This document shows positions 11,933 through 25,402 of a DNA stretch of 64,000 nt, piece by piece (the stretch's first letter is position 1; each line of letters begins with the position of its first letter). The notes under the pieces are model-generated. The model ran no database searches, was not told the DNA's origin, and saw only the letters and a list, made by a program, of their open reading frames with translations. This stretch comes from Dehalococcoidia bacterium (lineage in GTDB: Bacteria > Chloroflexota > Dehalococcoidia > UBA2979). Location: contig OZ219872.1 in the NCBI GenBank assembly GCA_964291495.2, positions 416,001 to 480,000 on the forward strand, written 5' to 3'. The translations under genes and the position numbers were made by a program.

Positions 11933-12859
11933 GTGAGCAGCGAGAGCGCGGGTCCGGCGATCAGGGCGAGAGCGAACTACGGCGGCCAGGCCGTCGTCGA
12001 GGGCGTCATGATCCGCGGGCCGCGCGCCGTCGCGACGGCGGTGCGCAAGCCGGACGGCGAGATCGCCGTGCGCAGCAGGCTGCTCAGCGGCCTCTACAGC
12101 GCCCGGCTCCGGCGCATCCCGCTGCTGCGCGGCGTGCTCGTGCTCTGGGAGACGCTCGCGCTCGGCATCTCCGCGCTCACCTGGTCCTCGGCCGTCGCGA
12201 ACGACGAGGTCGACGAGCACGGCGAGGCGAAGCCGCTCGGCGTGGCGGGCTGGGCCTTCCTCGCGCTGATGCTGCTGGTCGCGCTCGCCTTCTTCTTCGC
12301 CGGGCCCGTGGCGGCGACGGCGTGGCTGGAGCGCCGCTTCCCCTCGCCGCTGGTGATCGCCTTCGAGGGCGTGCTGCGGATCGGATTGCTGATCGGCTAC
12401 ATCTGGCTGATCGGGCGCTCGCAGGAGGTGGCGCGGGTCTTCCAGTACCACGCGGCCGAGCACATGACGATCAGCGCCTTCGAGCACGGCCGCGAGCTGA
12501 GCGTGCAGGCGATCCGGCGCTTCCCCAAGGAGCACCCGCGCTGCGGCACCTCGTTCCTGCTGACCGTCGCCGTGATCGCGGCGCTCGCCTTCATCCTCGT
12601 GGGCGCGGAGCCGCTGTGGTGGCGCTTCGTCTCGCGCCTCGCGCTCGTCCCGCTGATCGCCGCCGTCGCCTACGAGGCGATCCGCTTCGCCGGCAACCGC
12701 CTCGACCGCCCACTGGTGCAGGCGCTCTTCTCCGCCAACATCGCGCTCCAGCACCTCACCACGCGCCCGCCCGACGACGCGCAGATCCAGGTCGCCGTCG
12801 CCTCGTTGGAAGCCGTGCTGGAGGAGGAGCGCGAAACCCCCGAGGGCGCAACCCGCTAG
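11933..12859 (+). CDS. DUF1385 membrane protein
   Basis: YGGQAVVEGVMIRG, FQYHAAEH, HPRCGTSF. Confidence 0.92.
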   Translation: MSSESAGPAIRARANYGGQAVVEGVMIRGPRAVATAVRKPDGEIAVRSRLLSGLYSARLRRIPLLRGVLVLWETLALGISALTWSSAVANDEVDEHGEAKPLGVAGWAFLALMLLVALAFFFAGPVAATAWLERRFPSPLVIAFEGVLRIGLLIGYIWLIGRSQEVARVFQYHAAEHMTISAFEHGRELSVQAIRRFPKEHPRCGTSFLLTVAVIAALAFILVGAEPLWWRFVSRLALVPLIAAVAYEAIRFAGNRLDRPLVQALFSANIALQHLTTRPPDDAQIQVAVASLEAVLEEERETPEGATR

Positions 12860-13548
12860 CCGTCCGCCAGCAGCGCGGGCAGCTCGCCCAGCGACCGCAC
12901 ACGCAGGATCGAGGGGTCCTCGACACGGTTTTGGCGGTCGATCAGCACCGAGTGCAAGCCGGCTGCTCGCGCCGGGTGGTAGTCGTTGTCGAGCCGATCG
13001 CCGATCGCGAGCGTCGTCTCCGGGCGGCCGCCCATGCGCTCCACGGCGCTGGCGAAGAAGGCCGGGTCCGGCTTCGAGATGCCGACCTCCTCGGCGTAGT
13101 GCGTCGCAGCGAAGTAGCCGTCGAGGCCCATCGCGGCGAGCGCGACGTTGCCGTTGGTGGCCGCCACCAGCGGCAGTCCGCGGCCGTGTAGCTCGGCGAG
13201 CACCGGCTCCGCGTCGGGGAACACCGCCATCGCCTCGTCGCGTGCGCGGTAGTAACGGTCGTGCAGCTCGTCGAGCGCCCACGGATCCTCGATCGCGAAG
13301 GCCTCGAGGATGCGCCGGAACGACTCGCGCCGGATCGCGACCAGCCGTCGGCCGCGCCAGGCCGGGTCGCGCGCCACCTCGTTACGCAGGGCCCGCAGCT
13401 GGCGCGGGTCGACCTCGACACCGCCGGCGCGCCGGGAGACCTCCCGCGCGACGACCTCGAGGCCCCCGTCGATCGCGCGGCTGAAGTCCACGAGCGTGCC
13501 GTCGATGTCGAAGATGACGAGCGAGACGGCGAAGGGCGGGCCGCTCAC
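12856..13548 (-). CDS. HAD-superfamily hydrolase
   Basis: FDIDGTL, TNG, KPDP, IGDRLDND; start placed at GTG 13548. Confidence 0.9.
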   Translation of the reverse strand: MSGPPFAVSLVIFDIDGTLVDFSRAIDGGLEVVAREVSRRAGGVEVDPRQLRALRNEVARDPAWRGRRLVAIRRESFRRILEAFAIEDPWALDELHDRYYRARDEAMAVFPDAEPVLAELHGRGLPLVAATNGNVALAAMGLDGYFAATHYAEEVGISKPDPAFFASAVERMGGRPETTLAIGDRLDNDYHPARAAGLHSVLIDRQNRVEDPSILRVRSLGELPALLADG

Positions 13549-13561
13549 CGGCTGACCGGCG

Positions 13562-13917
13562 TCAGGCGGACGGCGAGCCGACGAGGCGCGGCGCGGCGTC
13601 CTCCGGCTCGACGAAGCAGGAGTGCGCGCCCGTGTGGCAGACCGCGCCGCCGAGCAACTCCACCTGCAACACGAGGGCGTCCGCGTCACAGTCGGTGCGG
13701 ATCTCGTGGACGCGCACGTAGTCGCCGGAGGTCGCGCCCTTGTGCCAGAGCTCCTGGCGGCTGCGCGACCAGAACACGGCCTGCCCGAGCTCGAGCGTCT
13801 GGCGCAGCGACTCGGCGTTCATGTAGCCGAGCATCACCACCTCGTGGCTGAGGTGATCCTGGAGGATCGCGGGGATGAGCCCCGCGCGTCGTAGCGGAGT
13901 TCGGAAGGGTCAATCAC
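13562..13917 (-). CDS. hisI: Phosphoribosyl-AMP cyclohydrolase, frameshifted near 13880
   Basis: [13 protein letters not shown] in one frame, then LIPAILQD...MLGYMN...[16 protein letters not shown]...DCDAD...CHTG..SCF in another. Confidence 0.9.
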
Positions 13918-14732
13918 GCGCCGTCTCCCTCGTCCGGGCCGCCCCCGGCGTCCTCGTCCTCGACGGGCCGCATCGGGATGCCGCGGTCCGAGAGGTAGCG
14001 CTTGAGGTCGGCGATGTCGTACGTGCCGAAGTGGAAGATCGAGGCGGCGAGCACGGCCTCCGCGCCGCCCTCGGTGAGCGCCTCGTAGAGGTGCTCCGGT
14101 GTGCCCGCGCCGCCCGAGGCGATCACCGGCACCTCGACGGCGTCGGTGATCGCGCGCAGCAGCTCGAGGTCGTAGCCGGTCTGGTGGCCGTCCTTGTCCA
14201 TCGAGGTGACCAGCAGCTCGCCGGAGCCGCGCTCGACCGCCTCGCGCGCCCAGCCGAGCGCGTCGATGCCGGTGGGGGTGCGGCCGCCGTGGGTGTAGAC
14301 CTCCCAGCCCGCGTCCGGGTTGCCGGCCGCGCGGCGCTTGGCGTCGATCGCGACGACGATGCACTGCGAGCCGAAGCCGTGCGCGCCCTCGCCGATCAGC
14401 GCGGGGCGCTCGACGGCGGCCGTGTTGAGCGAGACCTTGTCGGCGCCCATCTCGAGCATCATGCGCACGTCCTCGGTCGAGCGGATCCCGCCGCCCACGG
14501 TGAACGGCACGAATACCTGGTCCGCGGTGCGCGCCACCATGTCGTAGACGCTCGGCCGGTTGTCGGAGGAGGCGGTGATGTCGAGGAAGACCAGCTCGTC
14601 GGCGCCCGCCTGCTCGTAGGAGGCGGCGAGCTCGACCGGGTCGCCGGCGTCGCGCAGCTCGACGAAGGAGATGCCCTTCACCACGCGCCCGCGATCGACG
14701 TCGAAGCAGGGGATGATGCGCTTCGTCAGCAT
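13914..14732 (-). CDS. hisF: Imidazole glycerol phosphate synthase, cyclase subunit
   Basis: [12 protein letters not shown]...[23 protein letters not shown]. Confidence 0.98.
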   Translation of the reverse strand: MLTKRIIPCFDVDRGRVVKGISFVELRDAGDPVELAASYEQAGADELVFLDITASSDNRPSVYDMVARTADQVFVPFTVGGGIRSTEDVRMMLEMGADKVSLNTAAVERPALIGEGAHGFGSQCIVVAIDAKRRAAGNPDAGWEVYTHGGRTPTGIDALGWAREAVERGSGELLVTSMDKDGHQTGYDLELLRAITDAVEVPVIASGGAGTPEHLYEALTEGGAEAVLAASIFHFGTYDIADLKRYLSDRGIPMRPVEDEDAGGGPDEGDGA

Positions 14733-14789
14733 CGGCTCAGCGCCCCGTCCCCGGCGCGCGCAGCTCCTCCGGTCCCCTCTCCCCGAAGG

Positions 14790-14822
14790 CCCTCACCCCC
14801 GCTCTCTCCCCAGGGAGAGGGG
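14790..14822. repeat. CCCTCACCC/CCCTCTCCC-GGGAGAGGG palindromic repeat between hisA and hisF
   Basis: CCCTCACCCCCGCTCTCTCCCCAGGGAGAGGGG; same family at 24.8-25.4 kb and 50.4-50.8 kb. Confidence 0.75.
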
Positions 14823-14868
14823 GCCGGACCGCGCTCGAGGCGGGGGGTCGCAAAGGTCGCCGCCGCGG

Positions 14869-15579
14869 TCATGCGACGGCCAGCGCCTCGGGGAGCGAGA
14901 CCTCGCCGGTGTAGAGGGCGCGCCCGACGATCGCCGCCTCGACGCCGCAGTCGGAGAGCCGCCGCAGGTCGTCGAGGGTGCTCACGCCCCCGGCGGCGAT
15001 GACGGCGATCGAGGTCTCCGCGACCATCGCCTCGTACATCTCGAAGTTGGGGGAGCCGCGCACGCCGTCGCGGTCGATGTCCGTGTAGACGATGCGCTCG
15101 ACGCCGATCGAGGCGAGCTGGCGGATCAGCGAGGTCGCGTCGACGTCGCTGCCTTCGGTCCAGCCCTGCAGTTGCACGATGCCGTCGCGCGCATCGACGG
15201 AGACGATCAGCCGGTCATGCGCGACGGCGACGGCCTCGCGCAACAGATCGGGGTCGCGGACCGCTGCGGTGCCGAGCACGACGCGGTTCACGCCGCCGTC
15301 GAGTGCGGCGCGCACCGTCTCGATGTCACGGAGGCCGCCGCCGGTCTGCACGGCCGCGCCGACGGTGTGGACGATGCGCCGCACCAGCGCCGCGTTCACC
15401 TGCTCCCCCGCGCGCGCGCCGTCGAGGTCCACGATGTGGATGCGGCGCGCGCCGAGGGCGGCCCAGCGCACGGCCACCGCGACCGGGTCGTCGTCGAACA
15501 CCGTCTCGCGGTCGTAGTCGCCCTGGCTGAGGCGTACGCAGCGTCCGCCGCGGATGTCGATGGCCGGGATCACCTCCAT
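14869..15579 (-). CDS. hisA: ProFAR isomerase
   Basis: MEVIPAIDIRGGRCVRLSQGDY, QTGGGLR, TDIDRDG. Confidence 0.97.
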   Translation of the reverse strand: MEVIPAIDIRGGRCVRLSQGDYDRETVFDDDPVAVAVRWAALGARRIHIVDLDGARAGEQVNAALVRRIVHTVGAAVQTGGGLRDIETVRAALDGGVNRVVLGTAAVRDPDLLREAVAVAHDRLIVSVDARDGIVQLQGWTEGSDVDATSLIRQLASIGVERIVYTDIDRDGVRGSPNFEMYEAMVAETSIAVIAAGGVSTLDDLRRLSDCGVEAAIVGRALYTGEVSLPEALAVA

Positions 15580-16241
15580 CAGGCGCTCCCGCCGCTGGTG
15601 GCGGCCGCCTCGGGCGCGATCGAGCCGCCGTTGAGCGCGAGCCGCAGGAAGTTGTCGTAGAGCCGCAGGCCCGCCGCGCCGGACTTCTCCGGGTGGAACT
15701 GCGTCGCGATCAGGTTGCCCCGCCCAACGATCGAGGCGAACGGTACGCCGTGCTCGGTGCTGGCGATCGTCAGCGCCGGGTCGTCGGGGCGCGGGTAGTA
15801 GGAGTGCACGAAGTAGCCGTAGGCGCCGTCCTTGACGCCCTCGAGGACGGGGTGCGGCCGCTCGATGCGCAGCGTGTTCCAGCCCATGTGCGGGACCGTG
15901 AGCCCGCCGGGGAAGCGCACGATGCGCCCCGGCAGCACGCCGAGGCACTCGTGGTCGCCGCCCTCCTCGGAGCTGTCGAAGAGCGCCTGCATGCCCATGC
16001 AGACGCCGAGGAAGGGACGGTCGGCGGCGATGTACTCGCGGAGGGGCTCGACGAGGTTCGTGCGGCGGAGGTTGGCCATCGTGTCGGCAGCGGCGCCGAC
16101 GCCGGGCAGGATCAGCGCGCGGGCGCCGTCCACGGCCTCGGGATCGGACGTGACAACGGGCTCGATGCCGGCGTGGCGAACCGCCCGCGCGACGCTGCGC
16201 AGGTTGCCCGCTCCGTAGTCGACGATGACGACCTCGGCCAA
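15579..16241 (-). CDS. hisH: Imidazole glycerol phosphate synthase, glutaminase subunit
   Basis: DYGAGNLRS, GVCMGMQ, QFHPEKS; TTG start with AGGAG. Confidence 0.97.
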   Translation of the reverse strand: MAEVVIVDYGAGNLRSVARAVRHAGIEPVVTSDPEAVDGARALILPGVGAAADTMANLRRTNLVEPLREYIAADRPFLGVCMGMQALFDSSEEGGDHECLGVLPGRIVRFPGGLTVPHMGWNTLRIERPHPVLEGVKDGAYGYFVHSYYPRPDDPALTIASTEHGVPFASIVGRGNLIATQFHPEKSGAAGLRLYDNFLRLALNGGSIAPEAAATSGGSA

Positions 16242-16278
16242 GTCCCGGGTCTCCTCAGTGCAGCTGATCCGATTCTAG

Positions 16279-18357
<2,079 letters not shown>

Positions 18358-18368
18358 CCCCCGGCGAG

Positions 18369-18401
18369 TTATCCACAGGGCGCGCCGCATCTGGCTATAC
18401 T
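18369..18401 (+). promoter_or_regulatory. Perfect DnaA box plus -10 element upstream of mreB
   Basis: TTATCCACA (18369-18377) and TATACT (18396-18401). Confidence 0.6.
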
Positions 18402-18510
18402 GAGCACGCGGGCGCCTGCGGCGGGCCCCGCTGGCCGCTCCCCTCGCAGCGCGCAGGGCGAGCGCTCGCTGGCAACACCCGGGATTGAACGCCGCGAAAG
18501 GGGACCCTCC

Positions 18511-19575
<1,065 letters not shown>

Positions 19576-19728
19576 CGGGAGCAGCCGGGGAGCGTCCGAG
19601 GCGCGATCTGCTAGACTCGGAATGGCCGGGTGGGCAGGCGCCGACAACACGTTTCTGCCGTATCTGACGATCTGATCGCCACGGCCCGGACTCCTCGACA
19701 CTGATCGGATCGTGCGGAGGGCGCGCCC

Positions 19729-20562
19729 GTGGCCGTACTACGCCACGCCTTCTGGCTGATCGCACTCCTGACGCTGGCAGGAGCCTTGCTCGCGGGCTCC
19801 CGGGCGCAGGGCGCCGCCCAATTCGAGGAGCGCGGCGGCCTGATCGTCGCGCCGTTGATCGAATCCGCCACCAACATCGCACGCAGCATCTCCGACGCCG
19901 CCCAGCACGGCGGCCGCGTGCAGGAACTGAGCAGCGAGAACGCCGCGCTGCGCCAGCAGATCGCCCGCCTCGAGGGCGAGAACGCGAGGCTCCGCGAGTC
20001 CGCGATCACGAGCGGACAGCTGGCCGACCTGCGGGCCGCCGCAGGCGCCGAGGAGGTCGGCTCCACTCTCGCCGCGGCGGTCGTGCTGCGCGATCCGGCG
20101 CCCGGCCGCGACGTGATCGTGATCGACCGCGGCGCGCGCGACGGCGTACGCAAGGGGCAAGCCGTACTGGGCAGCGGCGCGACGCTGATCGGCCTCGTCT
20201 CCTCCGTGCAGGACCAGCGCGCGCGCGTTCGCCTGCTCAGCGACCCGCAATCGGCGATCGCGGCCGTCGTGCAGTCCACGCGAACGCAGACCGCGCTCAC
20301 CGGCAGCCGCGACGGCCTGCGGCTCGAGTTCGCGCCGATCGCGGATCCGATCAGCGAGGGCGACCTCGTGATGACCTCGGCGCTGATCGGCGGGCTGCCC
20401 GGCGGGCTGCTCGCCGGCCTGGTCACGGAGGTCGACCGCAGCGGGCAGGATCTGTTCGCCGACATCAAGGTCGAGCCGCTCGCGACCTATGACCAGCTCG
20501 AGCACGTGCTCGTGATCACGGAGCCATCGCGGACGGCCTCGGGGACGGGGACGGCGAAGTGA
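19729..20562 (+). CDS. mreC: Rod shape-determining protein MreC
   Basis: TM helix, coiled coil, IDRGARDGV, GDLVMTS; synteny. Confidence 0.9.
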   Translation: MAVLRHAFWLIALLTLAGALLAGSRAQGAAQFEERGGLIVAPLIESATNIARSISDAAQHGGRVQELSSENAALRQQIARLEGENARLRESAITSGQLADLRAAAGAEEVGSTLAAAVVLRDPAPGRDVIVIDRGARDGVRKGQAVLGSGATLIGLVSSVQDQRARVRLLSDPQSAIAAVVQSTRTQTALTGSRDGLRLEFAPIADPISEGDLVMTSALIGGLPGGLLAGLVTEVDRSGQDLFADIKVEPLATYDQLEHVLVITEPSRTASGTGTAK

Positions 20563-21113
20563 ACATGCTGACCGGGATCGTGCTGTTCCGGCTGGCGTTC
20601 GCCGGCGCGGCCACGCTGCTCGGCGTGGGCGCGGCGCTGCTGCAACTCGGGTCGACGCCGATCTGGATCGAGCAGCCACTGGCGGCGCCCGTGCTGCCGC
20701 TGGTCGTGATCGCGGGCTGGGGCGCCGCGCGCGGCCTCGGGGAGGCCGTCGCCGCGACGGTTCTCGCCGCGATCGTGCTGGGCGTCGCCTCCGAGGAGCG
20801 CGCGGGCTGGTTCCTGCTGGCGATGCTGCCGACGGCGGTGCTGCTGCTCCCGGCCAGCGCGCTGCGGCGCTGGGAGCGGCTCCTGCTGGCGCCCGTCGCG
20901 GCGGCGCTCGGCGTCGTGGCGTTCCAGGCGCTGATGCGCTTCTCGAGCGGACTCGGCGCGCTCGCCGCCGAGCAGCAGAACCAGCTGTTCGAGGGGGCAA
21001 CCTGGACCGCCGCCGCCGCCCTCGTCCTCGCGGTGGTCCTCGCTGCAGGCGGATGGGCGTTACGCTGGCGACCGGCGATCGATCCCGATGCGCCCTGGAG
21101 GCTGTTCGAGTGA
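20559..21113 (+). CDS. mreD: Probable MreD (divergent)
   Basis: About 5 TM helices; overlaps both mreC and mrdA. Confidence 0.65.
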   Translation: MNMLTGIVLFRLAFAGAATLLGVGAALLQLGSTPIWIEQPLAAPVLPLVVIAGWGAARGLGEAVAATVLAAIVLGVASEERAGWFLLAMLPTAVLLLPASALRRWERLLLAPVAAALGVVAFQALMRFSSGLGALAAEQQNQLFEGATWTAAAALVLAVVLAAGGWALRWRPAIDPDAPWRLFE

Positions 21114-23065
21114 ATCACGAGCGCTTGTTGGCACTCCAGGCCGTGGGGGCGCTGTTGCTGCTGGTGGTCGCCGTGCAGCTCGTCCGCCTCCAGATCTATG
21201 GGGAGGTGCCCGCCCTCGCCGCCTCGCGCGACGCACCGCCCGGCGCGGTCAGCGGGGAGTTCGTGCGCAGCATCCCGGTGGAGCCCCTGCGCGGCCTGAT
21301 CACCGATCGGCGCGGCGCCATCCTCGCCCACAATGTCGCCACCTTCTCCCTGGCGCTCGTGCCCGGCGACCTGCCGACCGACCCGACGGAGCGCCTGGTC
21401 GCGCTGCGCACCATCGAGCGGATCGGCCTGGTGCCCCGATCCGCGATCGAGGACGCGCTCGCCCAGCCGCTCGCGGAGATCGACCCACTCGCGCCGTTGA
21501 CGCTGCGCGACGGCTTCGACCGCGAGGAGGCGATCGCGCTGCGCGCCGCCCTGGCGGACGTGCCCGCCGCGCTGGTGCGCACGGCGCCGCGACGCGTGTA
21601 CGGGGGCGGCGACCTGCTGGCGCACATGATCGGCTACGTGGGCCCGATCACCGCCGAACAGGCCGACGCCTACCTCGATGCCGGCTACCGCCTCGACGCG
21701 CTGGTGGGGCGCGCCGGCGTGGAGCTGAGCTACGAGTCCGAGCTGCGCGGCGAGGATGGCGAACGGCTGGTGGTCGCAGACCCTGTAGGCCGCGAGCTGC
21801 GCAGCCTCGGCGCCGACCCGGCGCTGGGCGGGGTGGACCTGGTGCTGAGCATCGACTCGGAGTTGCAGCTCGCGGCCACGGCCGCACTCGCGAAGGGCAT
21901 CGAGCGGGGCATCGATTACGCGATCAACGAGGAGAACCGCGACCCGGATGAGCTGGCGCGCTCCGGGGCGGTGGTGCTGCTGGACGTGCGCAGCGGCGAG
22001 TTGCTGGCGCTGGCGACGTACCCCTCGTACGACGTGAGCGCATTCGCCTGGCACAACCGCGGCGAGGACATCTCGGCGCTGCTGAACGACCCGACCCGCC
22101 CGCTGGTCCACCGGGCGTACATGGAAGCGCCGGCCCCCGGCTCGATCTTCAAGCCGTTCGTCGGGGCGGCCGCGCTGCAGGAGGGCGTCGCCACTCCCGC
22201 AACCCGGATCTTCAGCAGCGGCACCCTGGAAATCCGCTCGATCTACGACCCGGAGGTCGTCTACACGTACCGGGACTGGGCGCCGCACGGGCTGCTGGAC
22301 TTCTACACGGGGCTGACGCGCTCCTCGGACGTCTACTACTACTACCTCGCCGGCGGCTACGACCAGGACGGCGAGGTCTTCGAGGGCCTGGGCGTGGAGC
22401 GGGTGGCCGCGTACGCGCGAGCGTTCGGGTTCGGCACGCCGACCGGTCTGGACCTGCCGGGCGAGTCGTCCGGCCTCGTCCCGGACGCCTCCTGGAAGGA
22501 GGAAGTGATCGGCGAGCCCTGGGTGCTGGGCGACAGCTACAACATGGGCATCGGGCAGGGTTTCCTCGAAGTCACCCCGCTGCAGATGGCCGTCGCCACG
22601 GCAGCGCTCGCCAACGGCGGCGAGCTGTTGGTACCGCGCATCGCGAGCGCGCTGCGGACCCCGGACGGCGTGGTCCCGATCGAGCGCCAGGTCGCGGGCG
22701 CCGTGCCGATCGACGCCAGGCACCTGGAAGTGGTTCGCGAGGCGCTGCGCCGCGCCGCCGACGACGGCGGGACAGCCTGGCGCGGGGAGCCCTCGGACGT
22801 CGAGATCGGCGGCAAGACCGGTACCGCCGAGTTCGGCCGGACGAACGCCGAGGGGCTGCTCGCCTCGCACGGCTGGTACATCGGCTTCGCCCCCTACGAC
22901 GAGCCCGAGGTCGCGATCGTCGTCTACCTCGAGTACGGCGTCGGCGCGACGCACGCGGGGCCCGTCGCGAAGGAGATCCTTGCCGCCTACTTCGGCATGG
23001 ACGCGAGCCCGGAGGATGACTGGTACTGGAGCCCGGCGGCCACGGTCGGGAGGGTGCGGCCATGA
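21110..23065 (+). CDS. mrdA: Penicillin-binding protein 2
   Basis: RGLITDR, SIFK (SxxK), SSD (SxD), KTGT; GTG start at 21110. Confidence 0.93.
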   Translation: MNHERLLALQAVGALLLLVVAVQLVRLQIYGEVPALAASRDAPPGAVSGEFVRSIPVEPLRGLITDRRGAILAHNVATFSLALVPGDLPTDPTERLVALRTIERIGLVPRSAIEDALAQPLAEIDPLAPLTLRDGFDREEAIALRAALADVPAALVRTAPRRVYGGGDLLAHMIGYVGPITAEQADAYLDAGYRLDALVGRAGVELSYESELRGEDGERLVVADPVGRELRSLGADPALGGVDLVLSIDSELQLAATAALAKGIERGIDYAINEENRDPDELARSGAVVLLDVRSGELLALATYPSYDVSAFAWHNRGEDISALLNDPTRPLVHRAYMEAPAPGSIFKPFVGAAALQEGVATPATRIFSSGTLEIRSIYDPEVVYTYRDWAPHGLLDFYTGLTRSSDVYYYYLAGGYDQDGEVFEGLGVERVAAYARAFGFGTPTGLDLPGESSGLVPDASWKEEVIGEPWVLGDSYNMGIGQGFLEVTPLQMAVATAALANGGELLVPRIASALRTPDGVVPIERQVAGAVPIDARHLEVVREALRRAADDGGTAWRGEPSDVEIGGKTGTAEFGRTNAEGLLASHGWYIGFAPYDEPEVAIVVYLEYGVGATHAGPVAKEILAAYFGMDASPEDDWYWSPAATVGRVRP

Positions 23066-24219
23066 TCCGCGAGGCGCTGACGGGACAGCTGCAGCGCAGC
23101 GACGTCACGCTCTGGGCGGCCGTCGCCGTGCTCGCCTCGCTCGGGCTGGTCAGCGTGTACTCGGCCACCCTCGCGGAGCCGCCGCACCCGCTGCTGACCC
23201 CCGCCGCCCTGCGCCACGCCCTGATCGCCGTCGCAGGAGTGGCCGCGATGGTCTTCGCGGCGCGGTTCGACTACCGCCTGTTGCAGCAGGGAAGCGCCGC
23301 ATTCTACCTGCTGACCGCGGCCCTGGTGCTGTTCGCCGCCGTGGCCGGCGAGACGGAGTACGGGGCAAGGCGCTGGCTCAGCGTCGGAGGCGCGACCTTC
23401 CAGCCCTCGGAGCTGGCGAAGCTGGCGCTCATCCTCGCGCTCGCCTCGTACGCGAGCGCGAGGACGCCACGGCTGCCGGCTCTGCTGTTCTCGCTGCTGC
23501 TGCTCGGCGCGTTGGCGCTGCCGGTGTTGGCGCAGCCGGACACGGGCACGGCGCTGGTGCTGATCGTCGGGTGGCTTGCCGTCGTACTCGTCTGGGGCGC
23601 GCCGCTGCGCACGCTCGGAGGGCTATTCGCGGCGCTGGCGGGGGTGATGCCGCTGATCTACGCGCTGGCCGTCCCGGACTACCAGCGCGAGCGCATCGCC
23701 GTCTTCCTCAATCCCGAGCGCGATCCGCTCGGGACCGGCTACACCCTGCGCCAGGCGGAGACCGCGCTCGCCGAGGGCGGCGCCACCGGCAGCGGCCTGT
23801 TCGGTGGCAGCGAGTCACACCTCTACGGCATCCTCGCGCGCTCGAGCGACTTCGTGTTCGCGCTGATCGGCGAGGAGTTGGGGCTGATCGGGACGCTGTC
23901 CGTGGTCGTGCTGTTCGCCCTGGTCGCCTGGCGGGGGTTCGAGGCCGCGCGCCACGCACCGGACACGTTCGGGCGGCTGCTGGCGTCCGGCCTGACCGCG
24001 CTGCTGCTGGGCCAGGCGATCCTCAACATGGCGGTGAACGTGCGGCTCTTCCCGGCGACGGGCCTGCCGCTGCCGTTCATCTCCCAGGGCGGCACCTCGC
24101 TGCTGGCGACCTTCGTCGCCGTCGGTCTGCTGCAGAGCATCTACGCGCACCGCGCCCTGCCTCGGACGCCCCTCGGCGAGCCGACGGATCCGGGTGCGGC
24201 GCAAGCGAACGAGCGCTGA
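23062..24219 (+). CDS. rodA: SEDS family glycosyltransferase RodA
   Basis: GARRW, FQPSELAK, QPDTG, DFVFALIGEELG, PFISQGG. Confidence 0.93.
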   Translation: MIREALTGQLQRSDVTLWAAVAVLASLGLVSVYSATLAEPPHPLLTPAALRHALIAVAGVAAMVFAARFDYRLLQQGSAAFYLLTAALVLFAAVAGETEYGARRWLSVGGATFQPSELAKLALILALASYASARTPRLPALLFSLLLLGALALPVLAQPDTGTALVLIVGWLAVVLVWGAPLRTLGGLFAALAGVMPLIYALAVPDYQRERIAVFLNPERDPLGTGYTLRQAETALAEGGATGSGLFGGSESHLYGILARSSDFVFALIGEELGLIGTLSVVVLFALVAWRGFEAARHAPDTFGRLLASGLTALLLGQAILNMAVNVRLFPATGLPLPFISQGGTSLLATFVAVGLLQSIYAHRALPRTPLGEPTDPGAAQANER

Positions 24220-24234
24220 CGCGACGGCCGGACC

Positions 24235-24681
24235 GTGATCGAGAAGGCGTACGGGTTCGTGCTGCGCGAGCGCGCGGCGGGCCTTGAGTTGCTCGTGTTC
24301 GAACATGCCGGACAGCCCGAGGCAGGGCTGCAGGTTCCGGGCGGCACGGTCGAGGACGGCGAGACCGCGCTGGCGGCCGTCGCACGCGAGGTCGAGGAGG
24401 AGAGCGGTTTGCGGCTCGAGGGCTGGGAGGCGGCGGCAACGCTCGAGCACGTGGACGTACCAGGCTCCGCCACGCCCGGGCCGCAGCGTTGGCACTGCTT
24501 TGCGGTCACGCCCGCGGCGCTGTTGGCGGACTGCTGGCGTTTCGAGCCTCAAGGCTCCGCAAGCGAGCGGGGCCTGCGCTTCGAGTATCGCTGGGTCGCG
24601 CTGGCCGGCGGCGCACCGCTGGCCGGGCGGCAGGAGGACGCGCGGCTGGCAGTGGCCGCCTCCGTAGCGGAGCGCAGGTAG
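24235..24681 (+). CDS. NUDIX hydrolase
   Basis: GGTVEDGETALAAVAREVEEESG Nudix box. Confidence 0.88.
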   Translation: MIEKAYGFVLRERAAGLELLVFEHAGQPEAGLQVPGGTVEDGETALAAVAREVEEESGLRLEGWEAAATLEHVDVPGSATPGPQRWHCFAVTPAALLADCWRFEPQGSASERGLRFEYRWVALAGGAPLAGRQEDARLAVAASVAERR

Positions 24682-24777
24682 CAGCCCGCGTCCTCTGGGA
24701 GGCTGCGCCCCCAGGGCAGACACCAACGAGGCTCCAACATCTCGCGAGGCCCTGGAGCGGCGCGCCACGCGCGCCGT

Positions 24778-25402
24778 CCCCCTCACCCCCCCGCCCTCTC
24801 CCGCGAGGGGAGAGGGAGCCGGACCGCCCTCGTGACTCCGGCGCGGACCGCAGCGGGGAGGGGACCAGAACCGCCTTCGGGACTATTCGGAGGGGGCTCC
24901 CTCCGATCCCCTCTCCCCCGGCGGGAGAGGGTTAGGGTGAGGGGGACTCCGGCATAGCCGGAGCGCGCGCCCTCGAGACTGTCGCTGCGCGCTCGCAACC
25001 CCCGTGCGCCCGCCGGCCGCGCTCGCGTGCGCCTCCCTCACCCCCACCCTCTCCCTCGGGGAGAGGGCGCCGGATCGCCCTCGTGGCTGTGGGGCTGGCG
25101 ACGGACCGTGGGGGTGTGGGGCTGGCGACGGACCGTGGGGGTGTGGGGGCGTAGCCCCCACGGAGGGGGCGCGGGGCGCAGCCCCGCATCCATTGAGGGC
25201 GGGTGGGTGGGCCGGAGCGGCGCGCAGCGCCCGTTCCTTCGGATGGGGGTGTAGGGGCCTGCGAGGTTCCTCGCATCCGATCGAAACAGCGCCCCCTCCC
25301 CCCACAAAGAACACGCTCCGGCCCTCAAGTGCTCGTTGCCCGTCGGACCTTTCGTCGGCGTGCGCCTCCCTCACCCCCACCCTCTCCCTCGGGGAGAGGG
25401 GG
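24778..25402. repeat. Repeat-rich intergenic region
   Basis: Four CCCTCTCCC..GGGAGAGGG hairpins; perfect 43-bp direct repeat (25025-25067, 25358-25400); 30-bp tandem unit at about 25087-25148. Confidence 0.8.

Noticed and set aside
18369-18377. Possible replication origin
   Set aside because: Single DnaA box, no AT-rich unwinding element, no dnaA or dnaN nearby
25087-25148. Possible CRISPR mini-array
   Set aside because: Head-to-tail 30-bp units without unique spacers, and no cas genes
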